A stretch of 64,000 bases of DNA from Candidatus Latescibacterota bacterium (lineage in GTDB: Bacteria > Latescibacterota > UBA2968 > UBA8231): the NCBI GenBank assembly GCA_965217585.1, contig OZ244561.1, positions 800,001 through 864,000 of the forward strand. Reading direction: 5' to 3'. A program made the position numbers and the translations under genes. The number at the start of each line of letters is the position of its first letter. Position 1 is the stretch's first letter. Shown here piece after piece: positions 39,401 through 49,650 of this stretch. Below the pieces are notes generated by a model that did not search any database, was not told the origin of the DNA, and worked only from the letters and a program-made list of their open reading frames with translations.

Positions 39401-41140
39401 CTATATTTTATCGACAACATCACCCTGCCGCAGCTCGTGCATCCGCGCCAAATTTTCTGCAAAGATGGCAACGGGGTACTGCTGCCGCAGACCACGGACA
39501 TAGTTCACATAGCCATTTCTGGCCTTGTCGATCTTCACATAAGCCCGGGCCCGCCGCTGGGAATTGTCATCGTAGGGATATGTTTCGCGCTTGCGCTCCT
39601 CGACCTTGAATACTGAATATCCTTCCTCGACCTTGATTGGCCCCCCCACTGCACCCACTTCCAGTGCCTGGACCGCCTCGTAAATCCGCGGGTACAGGTT
39701 TTGGGTGTACATATTGAGTTTCAACCTAGCTCCATGGTGTCCGCTTTCCTCGCGCTTGGTGTATTGCTGCGCCAGGCGTTGCGGATCTTGGGTCTCTTGG
39801 AGTTCCTCCTTGAGACGCTGGGCCAGAGAATCAGCGGGCACCAGAATCTCGATGATGGTGGCGGTTTCGGGCGAGGTAAACTTTTTGGGGTTGGCCTCGT
39901 AAAAGGCGCGGGCTTCTTCGTCGCTGACCGTCAAGTGCTGGTCTACCTGGCGCCAGCGCAAAACACTGGCGAGCAGTTCTTGGCGCTTCGCCTCCAGTTT
40001 TTTTCGCAGGCCTGGGTCCCGGTCTAGCCCAGCGGAGCGGGCCGCTGCCATTACCAGATTCTGGGGCACGATCATCCGTTCGATAATGGACGCCACTTGG
40101 ACGCTATCTTGCAGACTGCGGTAATCGACCTGGGCTTCTTGGACGATCAGAAAAAAATCCTCGATGGTGACTTGGCCTCCCTCGTACAAGCAGATTATCT
40201 CTTTGCTCTCCGCTTGGGGAGGCATAAAATCCGCATCCGCCAGGTCCGGGACCATCCGAGTGATCAACGCAATCTTATCGCGCTGCAAACGAGGGTTGTA
40301 CACCTTGCGCAATGAGTCGATTACCGCCGCCCGGCGTTGGTCTATTTTGGCGGTCAGCAGTTCTTGGTATACGATCTCTTCCGCAGCGCGGAGCGGCACC
40401 GGCATCTCGTCCAGAATCTTGAAGATCACGTAGTGGACCTGGCCGGCGTGCCCCATGGGGACGGGATTGGATACGGCACCCGTCTTTAGGTGGTAGATGT
40501 GATCTGCTATGGTCTTTTCCACCTGATCCTTCATCATATACACCCCGCTATCGCCGCCGCGCGCTCCGGTTTCCCGGTGCACCGATCGCTCCTGTGCCAG
40601 TTGCTGAAAATCGCCGCCGGCCTCGAGTTCGGCCAGCACTTGCAGGGCATCATCCTCGGTCTTCAGCATGATGCCGCTAAAGCGGAGGGCACGGTCTCGA
40701 TGAGTCCGACGGTAGTGCTCTTCTCGCTCTTGCTCGGTGATGACAATCTGGCTTCTCACCGCCCGATCTCTGTAGAGGTCGAAGAGGAGGGTGCGCTCGT
40801 ACTGGGTTATCTTTCGCCTGAACCTGGGATCATCCTCAATGTCCATAGCGCGCGCTTCCATTAGCAGTATTTTCTTGTCGATCTGACTCTCCAAGAGTTC
40901 TCGGTCGATTTCCAAGGGCGTGGAACCTTCCTTCATGCTCTCGGGAATGCTGGCACTAAAAATCTGAAAATCGGCAACTTCGATCTGCTCATTTCCCACC
41001 GTAGCCAGAACGGGATATTCCGCGGGTTTGGTCGAACAGCCGCACAGGTGAGCCAGTAGGAAACCGGCACCGGCGAGTACCTTGAAGTAGATGCAATTAG
41101 TCGATGGGTTCACTTTCCCTCCCAGCATGCATTGGCGCAC
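39401..41140 (-). CDS. Peptidyl-prolyl isomerase / SurA-PrsA-like foldase lipoprotein
   Basis: LCGC lipobox, VLATVGNEQI, GGDFQQLAQERS..GGDSG and GAVGGPIKVEEGYSVFKV; two parvulin-like modules. Confidence 0.8.
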   Translation of the reverse strand: MRQCMLGGKVNPSTNCIYFKVLAGAGFLLAHLCGCSTKPAEYPVLATVGNEQIEVADFQIFSASIPESMKEGSTPLEIDRELLESQIDKKILLMEARAMDIEDDPRFRRKITQYERTLLFDLYRDRAVRSQIVITEQEREEHYRRTHRDRALRFSGIMLKTEDDALQVLAELEAGGDFQQLAQERSVHRETGARGGDSGVYMMKDQVEKTIADHIYHLKTGAVSNPVPMGHAGQVHYVIFKILDEMPVPLRAAEEIVYQELLTAKIDQRRAAVIDSLRKVYNPRLQRDKIALITRMVPDLADADFMPPQAESKEIICLYEGGQVTIEDFFLIVQEAQVDYRSLQDSVQVASIIERMIVPQNLVMAAARSAGLDRDPGLRKKLEAKRQELLASVLRWRQVDQHLTVSDEEARAFYEANPKKFTSPETATIIEILVPADSLAQRLKEELQETQDPQRLAQQYTKREESGHHGARLKLNMYTQNLYPRIYEAVQALEVGAVGGPIKVEEGYSVFKVEERKRETYPYDDNSQRRARAYVKIDKARNGYVNYVRGLRQQYPVAIFAENLARMHELRQGDVVDKI

Positions 41141-41318
41141 CTGATAGGTGCGCTGCGGGAAGCATAATAACGGGCATATAAGGAGGCGAGGTGCCTTGAA
41201 AAAACTTGCTCTGGCGGAAGCTAATACCTTAATATTGCTCTCGTTTAATGTGGCTTTCGTTGGCCAGAAGTGCGCAATTCGAGGATTGCGTTTTCCATAG
41301 TTCTACTGCGGGTTTTCA

Positions 41319-43655
41319 TTGGATAAACTAGTGCCTAGTGCCACCTCTGTCTCTGCAGCCCCAGCTTCCATTAGATCGAAATTTAACCACCAAACCAGAG
41401 GTTTTCGTCCTTGCCCCACTGTGCCCGCCCAAGCGAGCGGATCCGCGGGATGGCGTCGGATCCGGATAGTGCTGGCAATCTATGGTGTTCTGGTATTTTT
41501 CGAAACTCCAATTGCCGCCGAACTCATCGTCGTCGGTGGGCCCCAAGGTCTGAGCTGGCAGAGCGGAGGAGGCACCATCCCCGCCTCGGTGATCCGCACC
41601 AGTCGCAGCGTTGAGCGCACCAATACGCCGGGTAGCGTCATCGACTTCGATCCCGAGGCGCGAACTAACTGGATTTTCCCCCAGCGCGCCGATACTTCGC
41701 GCAATATTGCCGTCGGTGCTACCGCCGAGAATCGCGGTGGCAGCATTCGCTCGCTCAACAATCCGGGCGTCCGCAGCCAGCTATCCAACTTGATCGACGA
41801 CAACGGCCTTACGGCGTTGGACCTGCGGCCGACGGCCAGCGGTCAAAGCATTGGTGCCTTGGGGCTGCTCATCGACCTGGATTTGGGCGCCCCATTCGGC
41901 GTCAACCGCTTCAAATTCTTTCCCCGCAACGCCGATCCCGCTTTCCCCGCGCCCGACTTCCCCTTCCAGAACGACTTTATGCGAGCCTTTGAAATTTTTG
42001 TCAACGACGGCTCGGCTCAGAACCAGCGCGAGGGTGTGCCGATCCTGGAAACCTCCGTGCTGGTGGGCCAAAACGAAGAGGCGGTGGTGGATATCCGCAT
42101 CCCCCCCCAGTACATCCGCTTTATTCGCCTCAAATCCCTGACTGCCACCGGATTCGAAATCGCCGAATTTCAGGTCTTTGGCATCGGTTTCGTGCCCGAA
42201 GCCGTGTATTTGTCCAATATCTTTGACTTTGAAGATCTGGCCTTGCTGGGCAACCTGCGCTGGTCCCAAGACGCGCTTGGCGACCCCGACCGGGCCAGTG
42301 CTTGGATCCGCACGCGCACTGGGCGCGATCCTCAACCAGTAGAATTCAACAAAATCCGGCCGGGCGAACGGATCTTCGGCACCTCCGACATTGAGGTGCC
42401 CTGGAAACAGGCCGCCGATGTGGAGGACGAAGACCTCGCCAACCTGATCGAATCGGTCCTCGATAACGAGTCGGTTGATGTGCGGCAAGCTATGGGTGTC
42501 TTTGCAGAGTTGTCCCTTGCGCGCCAGGAACTCATCACCCTCGACGCAGCAGACTACGCCAAGCTGAAGCGCGAAGCCAAAGGCGGCATCCGCGACGATG
42601 TGGTCAATTGGAGCGGCTGGTCTCCCCCCTATCCGGCGACGGGCATTGTCGCCACAGGTCGACTAGAGGACCTCAGCACCGGGATCCCAATAGTCTCGCC
42701 TGGACCCCGGCGCTATTTTCAGTTTCAAATCCAATTCTTCAGCGAGGATTTCGGGGCGGCTGCGGGGGTGGGAGGCTTGGCTTTTGAGGTGCTCACCCCT
42801 CCCTTTGCCGAACAGCTCATTGCCGAAATTGCGCCGCGCACAGTCGCATTGGGCGAGAGCACCCGTTTCACTTACGCCGTGCTCGTTCTGTCCAGGCCGG
42901 GCAAGGACAGGGGCTTCGACCGCCTCGAGATCGATACTCCGCTGCGGGTCACTTCAGTTGGCCAGATCCGGATTCACCGGGGCAAGCAAATCATCCAAGA
43001 GAGCGATTTCTCTGCTGCTGATCTGGACAATCTGCCCGTCTCCGAGAATGGCATGACCATCGTCGAGGTCCGGGACGACGGCTTTGTCCTCTCCTTTCCC
43101 CCCATCGCCGAAGACGGTCTCGTTCTCAGCGTCGAATTCGAAAATGCCGTTCTGGGCTTTGGCACGGCCTTTAGCGGTCGGGTGCAGGAAGGCTCGGCGA
43201 ACACGGGGATATGGCAGGAAGTGATGGCTGGCAACGCCTTCGATCTGGGCTTATTGGGCGTGGATGATCCGGACGTATCGCCCCAGGCTTCCCTGCTGAG
43301 CGGAAATCTCTCCGTGGCCGTGCCCATTTCCAGCAATCTGCTCATTAACGCAGTTCCCGAACCCAATGTTTTCACCCCCAATGGGGACGGAGTCAACGAC
43401 CAGGTATCCATACGCTACGACATCGCCAACATCGTGAGTTCGGCTCCGTTGCAGATCCGCATCTTCGATTTGGCCGGCCGGCCGATCCGGCAGCTCTACG
43501 CAGGAGCCGACCCCAGCGGCCGCTTCTCCCGAATCTGGGATGGCCGGGACGATGGCGGACAGTTGGTTGCTCCGGGGCACTATCTGTTCAACATTGACCT
43601 CGATGCAGCTACAGGTGCCGAGCGTGCGGTGGGTTTGATTAGGCTGGTCTATTGA
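41319..43655 (+). CDS. Large exported protein with discoidin-like domain and C-terminal FTPNGDG (CHU_C/FlgD-like) domain, paralog 1
   Basis: IDLDLG, FEIAEFQVFG, WSGWSPPY..SPGPRRYFQF and FTPNGDGVND..FDLAGR..WDGRD..PGHY motifs. True start probably downstream of 41319. Confidence 0.75.
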   Translation: MDKLVPSATSVSAAPASIRSKFNHQTRGFRPCPTVPAQASGSAGWRRIRIVLAIYGVLVFFETPIAAELIVVGGPQGLSWQSGGGTIPASVIRTSRSVERTNTPGSVIDFDPEARTNWIFPQRADTSRNIAVGATAENRGGSIRSLNNPGVRSQLSNLIDDNGLTALDLRPTASGQSIGALGLLIDLDLGAPFGVNRFKFFPRNADPAFPAPDFPFQNDFMRAFEIFVNDGSAQNQREGVPILETSVLVGQNEEAVVDIRIPPQYIRFIRLKSLTATGFEIAEFQVFGIGFVPEAVYLSNIFDFEDLALLGNLRWSQDALGDPDRASAWIRTRTGRDPQPVEFNKIRPGERIFGTSDIEVPWKQAADVEDEDLANLIESVLDNESVDVRQAMGVFAELSLARQELITLDAADYAKLKREAKGGIRDDVVNWSGWSPPYPATGIVATGRLEDLSTGIPIVSPGPRRYFQFQIQFFSEDFGAAAGVGGLAFEVLTPPFAEQLIAEIAPRTVALGESTRFTYAVLVLSRPGKDRGFDRLEIDTPLRVTSVGQIRIHRGKQIIQESDFSAADLDNLPVSENGMTIVEVRDDGFVLSFPPIAEDGLVLSVEFENAVLGFGTAFSGRVQEGSANTGIWQEVMAGNAFDLGLLGVDDPDVSPQASLLSGNLSVAVPISSNLLINAVPEPNVFTPNGDGVNDQVSIRYDIANIVSSAPLQIRIFDLAGRPIRQLYAGADPSGRFSRIWDGRDDGGQLVAPGHYLFNIDLDAATGAERAVGLIRLVY

Positions 43656-43674
43656 ATTAACGCGGGGAGCGGGT

Positions 43675-46458
43675 TTGAGATTATTAAGACGCGATGGCCT
43701 CATCATCCTAGTCGGCTTGCTGCTGAGTGGCCCCAACTACGCCCAAGATTACGGCGGACGTCTGGGGACCCCAAGGGGCGGCCAAGTCCACTTTGAGCCC
43801 CGGGGCCCTGGGGTTCTTTTTGGGGCGTTGGACCCGGCCGTCAAGAAGTGGTATGTGCCGCAGGAACTGTTTGCAGACTATGGCTGGCGGCAATGGCAAT
43901 ACTCCAATTATGCCAGAGAATCCTATCAACGCTATGTCAATACCGCGCTGGAAGGGGACTATTTCTACGATTTCTACGGCAATTTTATCGGCCGTGGCTG
44001 GCTGATCTACGACTGGCGTCAAAACCAACCCCAGCAACTGGGTAGTAGCATTTTCAAGGACTCCCTCTTTGGCAACTGGTTCAATTCCGTCGTCATCGGC
44101 GGCGAATCTCAGGGGCAGTACCACTATTCCATAACTGTGGGCAATCAGATCCGCACGACCCTCACGCCGATGACCTTCTCCAAGCCCGCATTCAACGGCG
44201 TGCAAATCGATTTCGCCGCCGACAAGTACGCGGCGACCATACTAACTTCGCGGATCGGCGATCCCGTCACCGGCCAGACCGGGGAACCTGCGAGCCTGAC
44301 CAATACCACCGGCATGCTCGGGGCTCGGGCCACGGTTCAGTTGGGCGATTTTGTCGAAGTGGGTGCAACCCTGGTCAATGCCCGCAATAGCAGTACCAGC
44401 CTCGACCTGTTCAACGGCAATCTGGTCGCTGGCAGCCTAGTCGCCGGCCAGAGTAGCAAGCCGGTGACGGCCATTGCCATCGTACTGAGCGACGATACTC
44501 CGGAGGATGGCAAAGGAGGTGCGGCGCTTTTCTCTCATCAGGTGCGCATCGTCAGCCTGAACTTTGCCACCAATGAGGAGGAAATTTCAACCCTCGAGGA
44601 TGTGGTCCGTCCGGGCTCTGAATGGCCCGTCGTCTTCGGAGGATTCCGTCGCTCCCGGTTCGTGGCCGCCGATGGCGCAGAGCGCATTATTCTGAACTAC
44701 GACTTCAACGATCCAGGCTATGTAGGCCCCGATCCCACTGCGATTGTCAAAGTAGAATTCGACTACGTTCTGGCCAATGACTTCAAGATCGAGATGTGGT
44801 CCGACCGACAGACCGGCAAGCAAAACCAGCCTGCGCCGCCAATAAGTTCCGAAATTATCAGCGCTGCCCAACCCGCTCTCCTGACCGTGCGTCGGGCAGC
44901 GGGCAATGTCCAGGATGCTTCCAATCTACAGCGAGTCCAATTCGCTTATGGTCTGCCCACAGCCAACTTGGTAGGGGGGTTCACGCTCTCGGCAACCAGT
45001 CTGTGGGGTTTTGATTTCTACGGGGAGTGGGACCGCAATAGACGCTATAGCCAGTATCCCAATGCCGCTCTTTTCAGCGCGGGGAAAAAACACCAGACCG
45101 CCCACCGCGAAGCGGATGCCTGGCATTTTAACCTCTCCAGACAGATCTATCCCTGGTTCGGCTATGCCGAAGTCTACTCCTTCGACGAAGCCTATTCCAC
45201 TTCCGCCTTTCTGACCGATGCCAACGGAGATATACACTACGACGACCCTCAGCGCTACCTCTACGAATTTGTCGAGGACAACGATGACCAAGATCGCTTT
45301 GCGGATTGGATTCGCTTCGGCACTGCCAGCGATCGGCTCATCTTCCCCGGCTGGGACGAGAACAATGATTTCATTTCGGACTTCAATCAGAACGACAATT
45401 CTTCGGTGGCCAACCTCGTACCCGACTACGACGAGCCCTTTCTGCGCTACGAGGTCGATCGGCCCGAATTTCTCTTTGGCATCGACCTGAACAACAACAA
45501 TTGGATCGATCGCTTTGAGGACGACGACCTAGCGGACTATCCCTACAAACCCGACCGGCGCGGCTACAACGCTTTTCTTGGGGTCAACCTGAATCCGGCA
45601 GCCCGCTTGATCCTCGGCCACACTGACGAGAAAATGCCTTCGAGCGAAGGTAAAAATCGCACCACCTACGCCCTCCTTACCTTCGACCGGAACGATCCCA
45701 AGCTCGGGCGCCTGCGTTTTTTTGCAATGCTCAAACGGAGTGCAGACACCATTCCCGACGACCGCAGAGAACCCACGCCCTTCATCGATGCGCCACCTAT
45801 TCAGCCCATCGTGCGGGACCTCCTGTCGGCCCAGGACACCTGGATTAACACTACCTGGATCGGCTGGGATAATAAAGGCAGAAGCCGGCTGACCTTCGTC
45901 AACAAGCTAAAGTACGAGATCTTCCACCAAAACGGGGCGCTGGGTCTCGACCGGGAAGGACGCCGCCTGAGGAGAAACGCCAGCTTCTTAGGGCTGATCA
46001 ACAAAGTGGACTACACCTATCCAGTACATCGCTTTGAGGTGCGGCCCCAATTAAAGAGCGAGTTCCTGCGCCAGATACCCTTCGTGCGCCAGCAGGAAAA
46101 GCGGCAAAACTGGATCGCTACCCTCCAACTGCTGGCCGGCTTTCCCCTCCTGCGCCATACCCAGATCGAGGCTGGCTGCGAGTTGCTTTGGTTCCGGGAT
46201 CTAGTGCGGGACGAAGAAGAATTGCTCGAATTGGGTCTGGCGCAAGAGACCGGAGATCTGCAGTCCACGATCCTGGCGATGCAGCTATCCACCAACTCTG
46301 CCTACCAAGGCTATCAGCTAATCACCCAGATTGGCTTTCGCGTCGGCCGCACCCGCAATGAGATCCTGCGCGGAGGCGAGGGGGACCGCTTAGAAAAAGC
46401 CCACGAGAGCAATAACGAGATGACCAGCTTTATCACCGTCTACGCTGGAATCGAATAA
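43675..46458 (+). CDS. Hypothetical exported protein, putative outer-membrane beta-barrel with Ca-binding loops (A)
   Basis: Signal peptide; amphipathic strands; DNDDQDR, DENNDFISD and DLNNNNWID motifs; ends FITVYAGIE. Confidence 0.6.
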   Translation: MRLLRRDGLIILVGLLLSGPNYAQDYGGRLGTPRGGQVHFEPRGPGVLFGALDPAVKKWYVPQELFADYGWRQWQYSNYARESYQRYVNTALEGDYFYDFYGNFIGRGWLIYDWRQNQPQQLGSSIFKDSLFGNWFNSVVIGGESQGQYHYSITVGNQIRTTLTPMTFSKPAFNGVQIDFAADKYAATILTSRIGDPVTGQTGEPASLTNTTGMLGARATVQLGDFVEVGATLVNARNSSTSLDLFNGNLVAGSLVAGQSSKPVTAIAIVLSDDTPEDGKGGAALFSHQVRIVSLNFATNEEEISTLEDVVRPGSEWPVVFGGFRRSRFVAADGAERIILNYDFNDPGYVGPDPTAIVKVEFDYVLANDFKIEMWSDRQTGKQNQPAPPISSEIISAAQPALLTVRRAAGNVQDASNLQRVQFAYGLPTANLVGGFTLSATSLWGFDFYGEWDRNRRYSQYPNAALFSAGKKHQTAHREADAWHFNLSRQIYPWFGYAEVYSFDEAYSTSAFLTDANGDIHYDDPQRYLYEFVEDNDDQDRFADWIRFGTASDRLIFPGWDENNDFISDFNQNDNSSVANLVPDYDEPFLRYEVDRPEFLFGIDLNNNNWIDRFEDDDLADYPYKPDRRGYNAFLGVNLNPAARLILGHTDEKMPSSEGKNRTTYALLTFDRNDPKLGRLRFFAMLKRSADTIPDDRREPTPFIDAPPIQPIVRDLLSAQDTWINTTWIGWDNKGRSRLTFVNKLKYEIFHQNGALGLDREGRRLRRNASFLGLINKVDYTYPVHRFEVRPQLKSEFLRQIPFVRQQEKRQNWIATLQLLAGFPLLRHTQIEAGCELLWFRDLVRDEEELLELGLAQETGDLQSTILAMQLSTNSAYQGYQLITQIGFRVGRTRNEILRGGEGDRLEKAHESNNEMTSFITVYAGIE

Positions 46459-49359
46459 ATGAAACGGGATGTGCTGCCTAAAGGGCGGCTTCTTTCAGTC
46501 CAAGTGCTTCTGGTATTGGTCTGCTCCTCGGCCGTCTCCGCCCAGACCGACTACGATCATCGCCTCGGCAGACAGCAGGGAGCGGGGCGTATCTATGGCA
46601 CAACGGGGCCAACCACACTATTGGAGGCGCTGGATCCCACCGTCCATCGCTGGTACTTGCCACAAGAGCTGTTCGCGGAATACGGCCGGCGTCAGTGGCG
46701 CTACACCAACTACGCCCGGGAGCCTTATTTGCGCTACCTCAGCCGGGGGCAGGAGGGCCTCTTCTTCTACGATGTGTACGGCAATTTCACTACCCGGGGT
46801 TGGCTCGTATACGACTGGCGCCAGACCCAGCCTTTGCCCTTTGACGCCAGTCAGCTCACCAAACCCGGACGCTACGATAGCTGGTTCCAGCGCCTGCTCA
46901 TCTCATCCGATGCCAGCGGCGACTACAACTATTCGATCATCATCGGCGATGAGATCAATGCCACGCTGACCCCCATGACCTTTCGCAAGGCGGGTTTCAA
47001 TGGCGTGGTAGCCAATCTGGGAACCAGCCGCTTCCAGGCCACGAGCTTATTTTCCCGGGTCTCGGCACCCAGCATCGCCATTGACCCCCTAGCGCCCACC
47101 GCTTCGGTTGCGAACTTTACCAACCTCGTCGCCGGGCGTCTTCAGGCCGACATCCTCCCCCATCTCTCCCTAGGTCTGACCCTGGTCAATGCCCACAACG
47201 GCAACGGCTCCAGCGAGAGTTTTAAAGACAATCCCTTCCAAGGCTCGCTGACCACAGGCCAGTTAGAGCGGCGCCAAAACTTAGTCATAGTGCGTCTCGG
47301 CGACGATTCGCCCGAGGATGGCGAGGGCGGTGCCATACTTTTTGCGCAGGAGGTGGAAATTGCCCTCAAACTCAAACGCCAGATCGTGGCCGGAGACTCA
47401 GTGACCGTCGTGGCCAAGGACACCCTCATCGCGGGCAGCAGCATCGGCTTTAGACCGCTGCGCCAGGGTGGTAAACTGCGCGATGGATTCTTGACAGCCG
47501 ATGGGGCCGAGTCCATTACCCTCAAGTACGTGCTCGCACCCGAGGAAGGGGAGAGCGAAGAAAGCAGCCTGCGCCTGGCCCTGCAGCGGCGTCTGGGGAT
47601 GAGCCTGGCAGAGGCAGAGGACGCTATAAGCAGCATCGAAAACGTGCGCTTCCACTTGCTTATGGCCAACGACTACCGCATCGAAGTGAGCTCGGACCGG
47701 CAGACCAATGCCGTCGGCCAGCCCCAATTCCTGCTGGTCGCTCAAGCTCCGGGAAATATCAAAAACCGGGCGAACCAACGCGAGATCATCTTCGACTACG
47801 GTCTGCCCACGGCCAACCAACTCTTCGGGATTAGCGCCGAGGTGCGCAATTTCCGTGGATTTGATTTCTATGGAGAATTCAACCTGAACAACCAGTACCG
47901 CAAATACCCGGGCATCAGCGCCAAAAGTCACCGAGCTTTTGCGGGTATCGTAGGAGAGGAGCAAGCCATCGGCTGGATGGCGAATTTGTCCAAGCGAACT
48001 GGCCCTTGGCACCTTTTCGCAGAAGCGTTTGGCATGGACGCAACCTACACCACCAGTGTCCTGCCCGTCGATAGCCGCGGCGTGACCGACTATTCACCCG
48101 CAGCCACGGTCCGCCTCTACGATTTTGTCGACGACAACGACGACCAAGACCGCCATCCCGACCAACTGCGGATCTTCCAGGGCAGCTTGATTCCCCTGCC
48201 CGGAGAGCGCTTCAGGATCCGCCCTAGGGGCTCGGCCGATCCGGCTGTTTTCCCCGGCTACGACGAGAATGGCGATTTCATCTCCGACTTCAACCAAAAC
48301 AGCAACGGAGACCGGGAAAATTTCTTCCCCGACTACGAGGAGCCTTTCCTGCGCTATTATTCAGATCGACCGGATTTTCTCTTCGGGGTGGATCTCAACA
48401 ACAACGGCTGGATCGACCGCTTCGAGAACGACGATCGGCCGGATTATCCCTATAAAAAAGACCACTGGGGCCATAACCTCTACGCCAGCCTCCAGTTCAA
48501 TCCACAGATCAAATTGACCGTAGGGCGTCTGCATCAGACCAAGCGCCAAGACGATCGCCGCAATACCACGATGTACGGACTGTTCACCTTTTCTAAAGAC
48601 TGGTCCGGGCGCGGCAAGCTCCGACTCTTCGACATGCTGAAAAAGGCCCGGGACACCATCGCTGACCCCCTCTCCCAATGGATGCTGCCCCCGACCCAAT
48701 TCGGCCAACCCGCCGAGACCAGCGGACTCCATATACCCGTGCCCGATGCCTTGGCCGCCAAGGACACCTATATCAATACCTTTTACGCCGACTGGGAGCA
48801 AAGCACCCAGCGTTGGGCTTCTCTGCACCGGTTCAAGTGGGAGATCTGGCAACAGGCCAAAAGTGGGGATGCCCTCAACGCACTGGGTAGCGAGGGGAGT
48901 AGCGACAGGAGGACTTCGGGTTTTCTGGGTTTAATCAATAAAATAGAGCATCTGTTCTATCTGGGTCCCCTGACCATAGCGCCCAAATTCAAGAGCGAAT
49001 TCCTGCGCCGGGTGCCCTTCACCCAGACCGAGGAAAAGCAGCGCTCGTGGGACGCCTTGTTCTTTTTAACCGCCGCCCTTCCCTTGCTGCGCTCCACCGA
49101 GGTGGAAATGGGTGTGGAACACCGGCAGTTCTTCGATCTGCAAAAGCGAGAGGACGGCCTAGGTGCCGGTCGCTTTAGCGGAGACTTCGGAGGTTGGGTC
49201 CTGGCTCTGCAGTTGACCACCCAGAACCCCTATCAGGGATACGAGTTGACCACCCAACTGGGCCTGCGCTTTGAACGACGCACTCTAGAGGTAGTGGGTG
49301 GCGAAGGTGCCAACCGGAGCTCGGGACTGGCTTTTCTTTCGATCTTCGCAGGCTTTTGA
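46459..49359 (+). CDS. Hypothetical exported protein, putative outer-membrane beta-barrel (B), paralog of A
   Basis: Collinear motifs shared with A; starts directly after A's stop (TAAATG); ends FLSIFAGF with a terminal Phe. Confidence 0.6.
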   Translation: MKRDVLPKGRLLSVQVLLVLVCSSAVSAQTDYDHRLGRQQGAGRIYGTTGPTTLLEALDPTVHRWYLPQELFAEYGRRQWRYTNYAREPYLRYLSRGQEGLFFYDVYGNFTTRGWLVYDWRQTQPLPFDASQLTKPGRYDSWFQRLLISSDASGDYNYSIIIGDEINATLTPMTFRKAGFNGVVANLGTSRFQATSLFSRVSAPSIAIDPLAPTASVANFTNLVAGRLQADILPHLSLGLTLVNAHNGNGSSESFKDNPFQGSLTTGQLERRQNLVIVRLGDDSPEDGEGGAILFAQEVEIALKLKRQIVAGDSVTVVAKDTLIAGSSIGFRPLRQGGKLRDGFLTADGAESITLKYVLAPEEGESEESSLRLALQRRLGMSLAEAEDAISSIENVRFHLLMANDYRIEVSSDRQTNAVGQPQFLLVAQAPGNIKNRANQREIIFDYGLPTANQLFGISAEVRNFRGFDFYGEFNLNNQYRKYPGISAKSHRAFAGIVGEEQAIGWMANLSKRTGPWHLFAEAFGMDATYTTSVLPVDSRGVTDYSPAATVRLYDFVDDNDDQDRHPDQLRIFQGSLIPLPGERFRIRPRGSADPAVFPGYDENGDFISDFNQNSNGDRENFFPDYEEPFLRYYSDRPDFLFGVDLNNNGWIDRFENDDRPDYPYKKDHWGHNLYASLQFNPQIKLTVGRLHQTKRQDDRRNTTMYGLFTFSKDWSGRGKLRLFDMLKKARDTIADPLSQWMLPPTQFGQPAETSGLHIPVPDALAAKDTYINTFYADWEQSTQRWASLHRFKWEIWQQAKSGDALNALGSEGSSDRRTSGFLGLINKIEHLFYLGPLTIAPKFKSEFLRRVPFTQTEEKQRSWDALFFLTAALPLLRSTEVEMGVEHRQFFDLQKREDGLGAGRFSGDFGGWVLALQLTTQNPYQGYELTTQLGLRFERRTLEVVGGEGANRSSGLAFLSIFAGF

Positions 49360-49475
49360 TAGGCGCTTGGCCTCTTACTTGCAGGCTGGGTGCACTATTC
49401 GGACTCCTCGAGCGGTGTTCTACAAAAAAGTTTGACATTCTTTCTTAGATGTCGTATTTATGAAAAATTAGCTTA

Positions 49476-49594
49476 TATAGCAGTCCTAAATGACTTGAAA
49501 GCACGGAATGTTCATCGGCACGGTCTCTTCTGCCTATAAGAAGTCATTCCCGCGCAAGCGGGAATCCAGTCTTGAATGATTTAGGGTTGCTATA
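49476..49594. mobile_element. MITE-like element (TATAG..CTATA ends) containing a dRS3-like palindrome
   Basis: Imperfect TIRs tatagcagtcctaaat / atttagggttgctata; internal gtcattcccgcgcaagcgggaatccag at 49543..49569. Confidence 0.6.
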
Positions 49595-49650
49595 TGACCA
49601 TCTCGATTAGGCTATTTTACCATCTATATCTCCCTCATCAAGGAGGCAAT

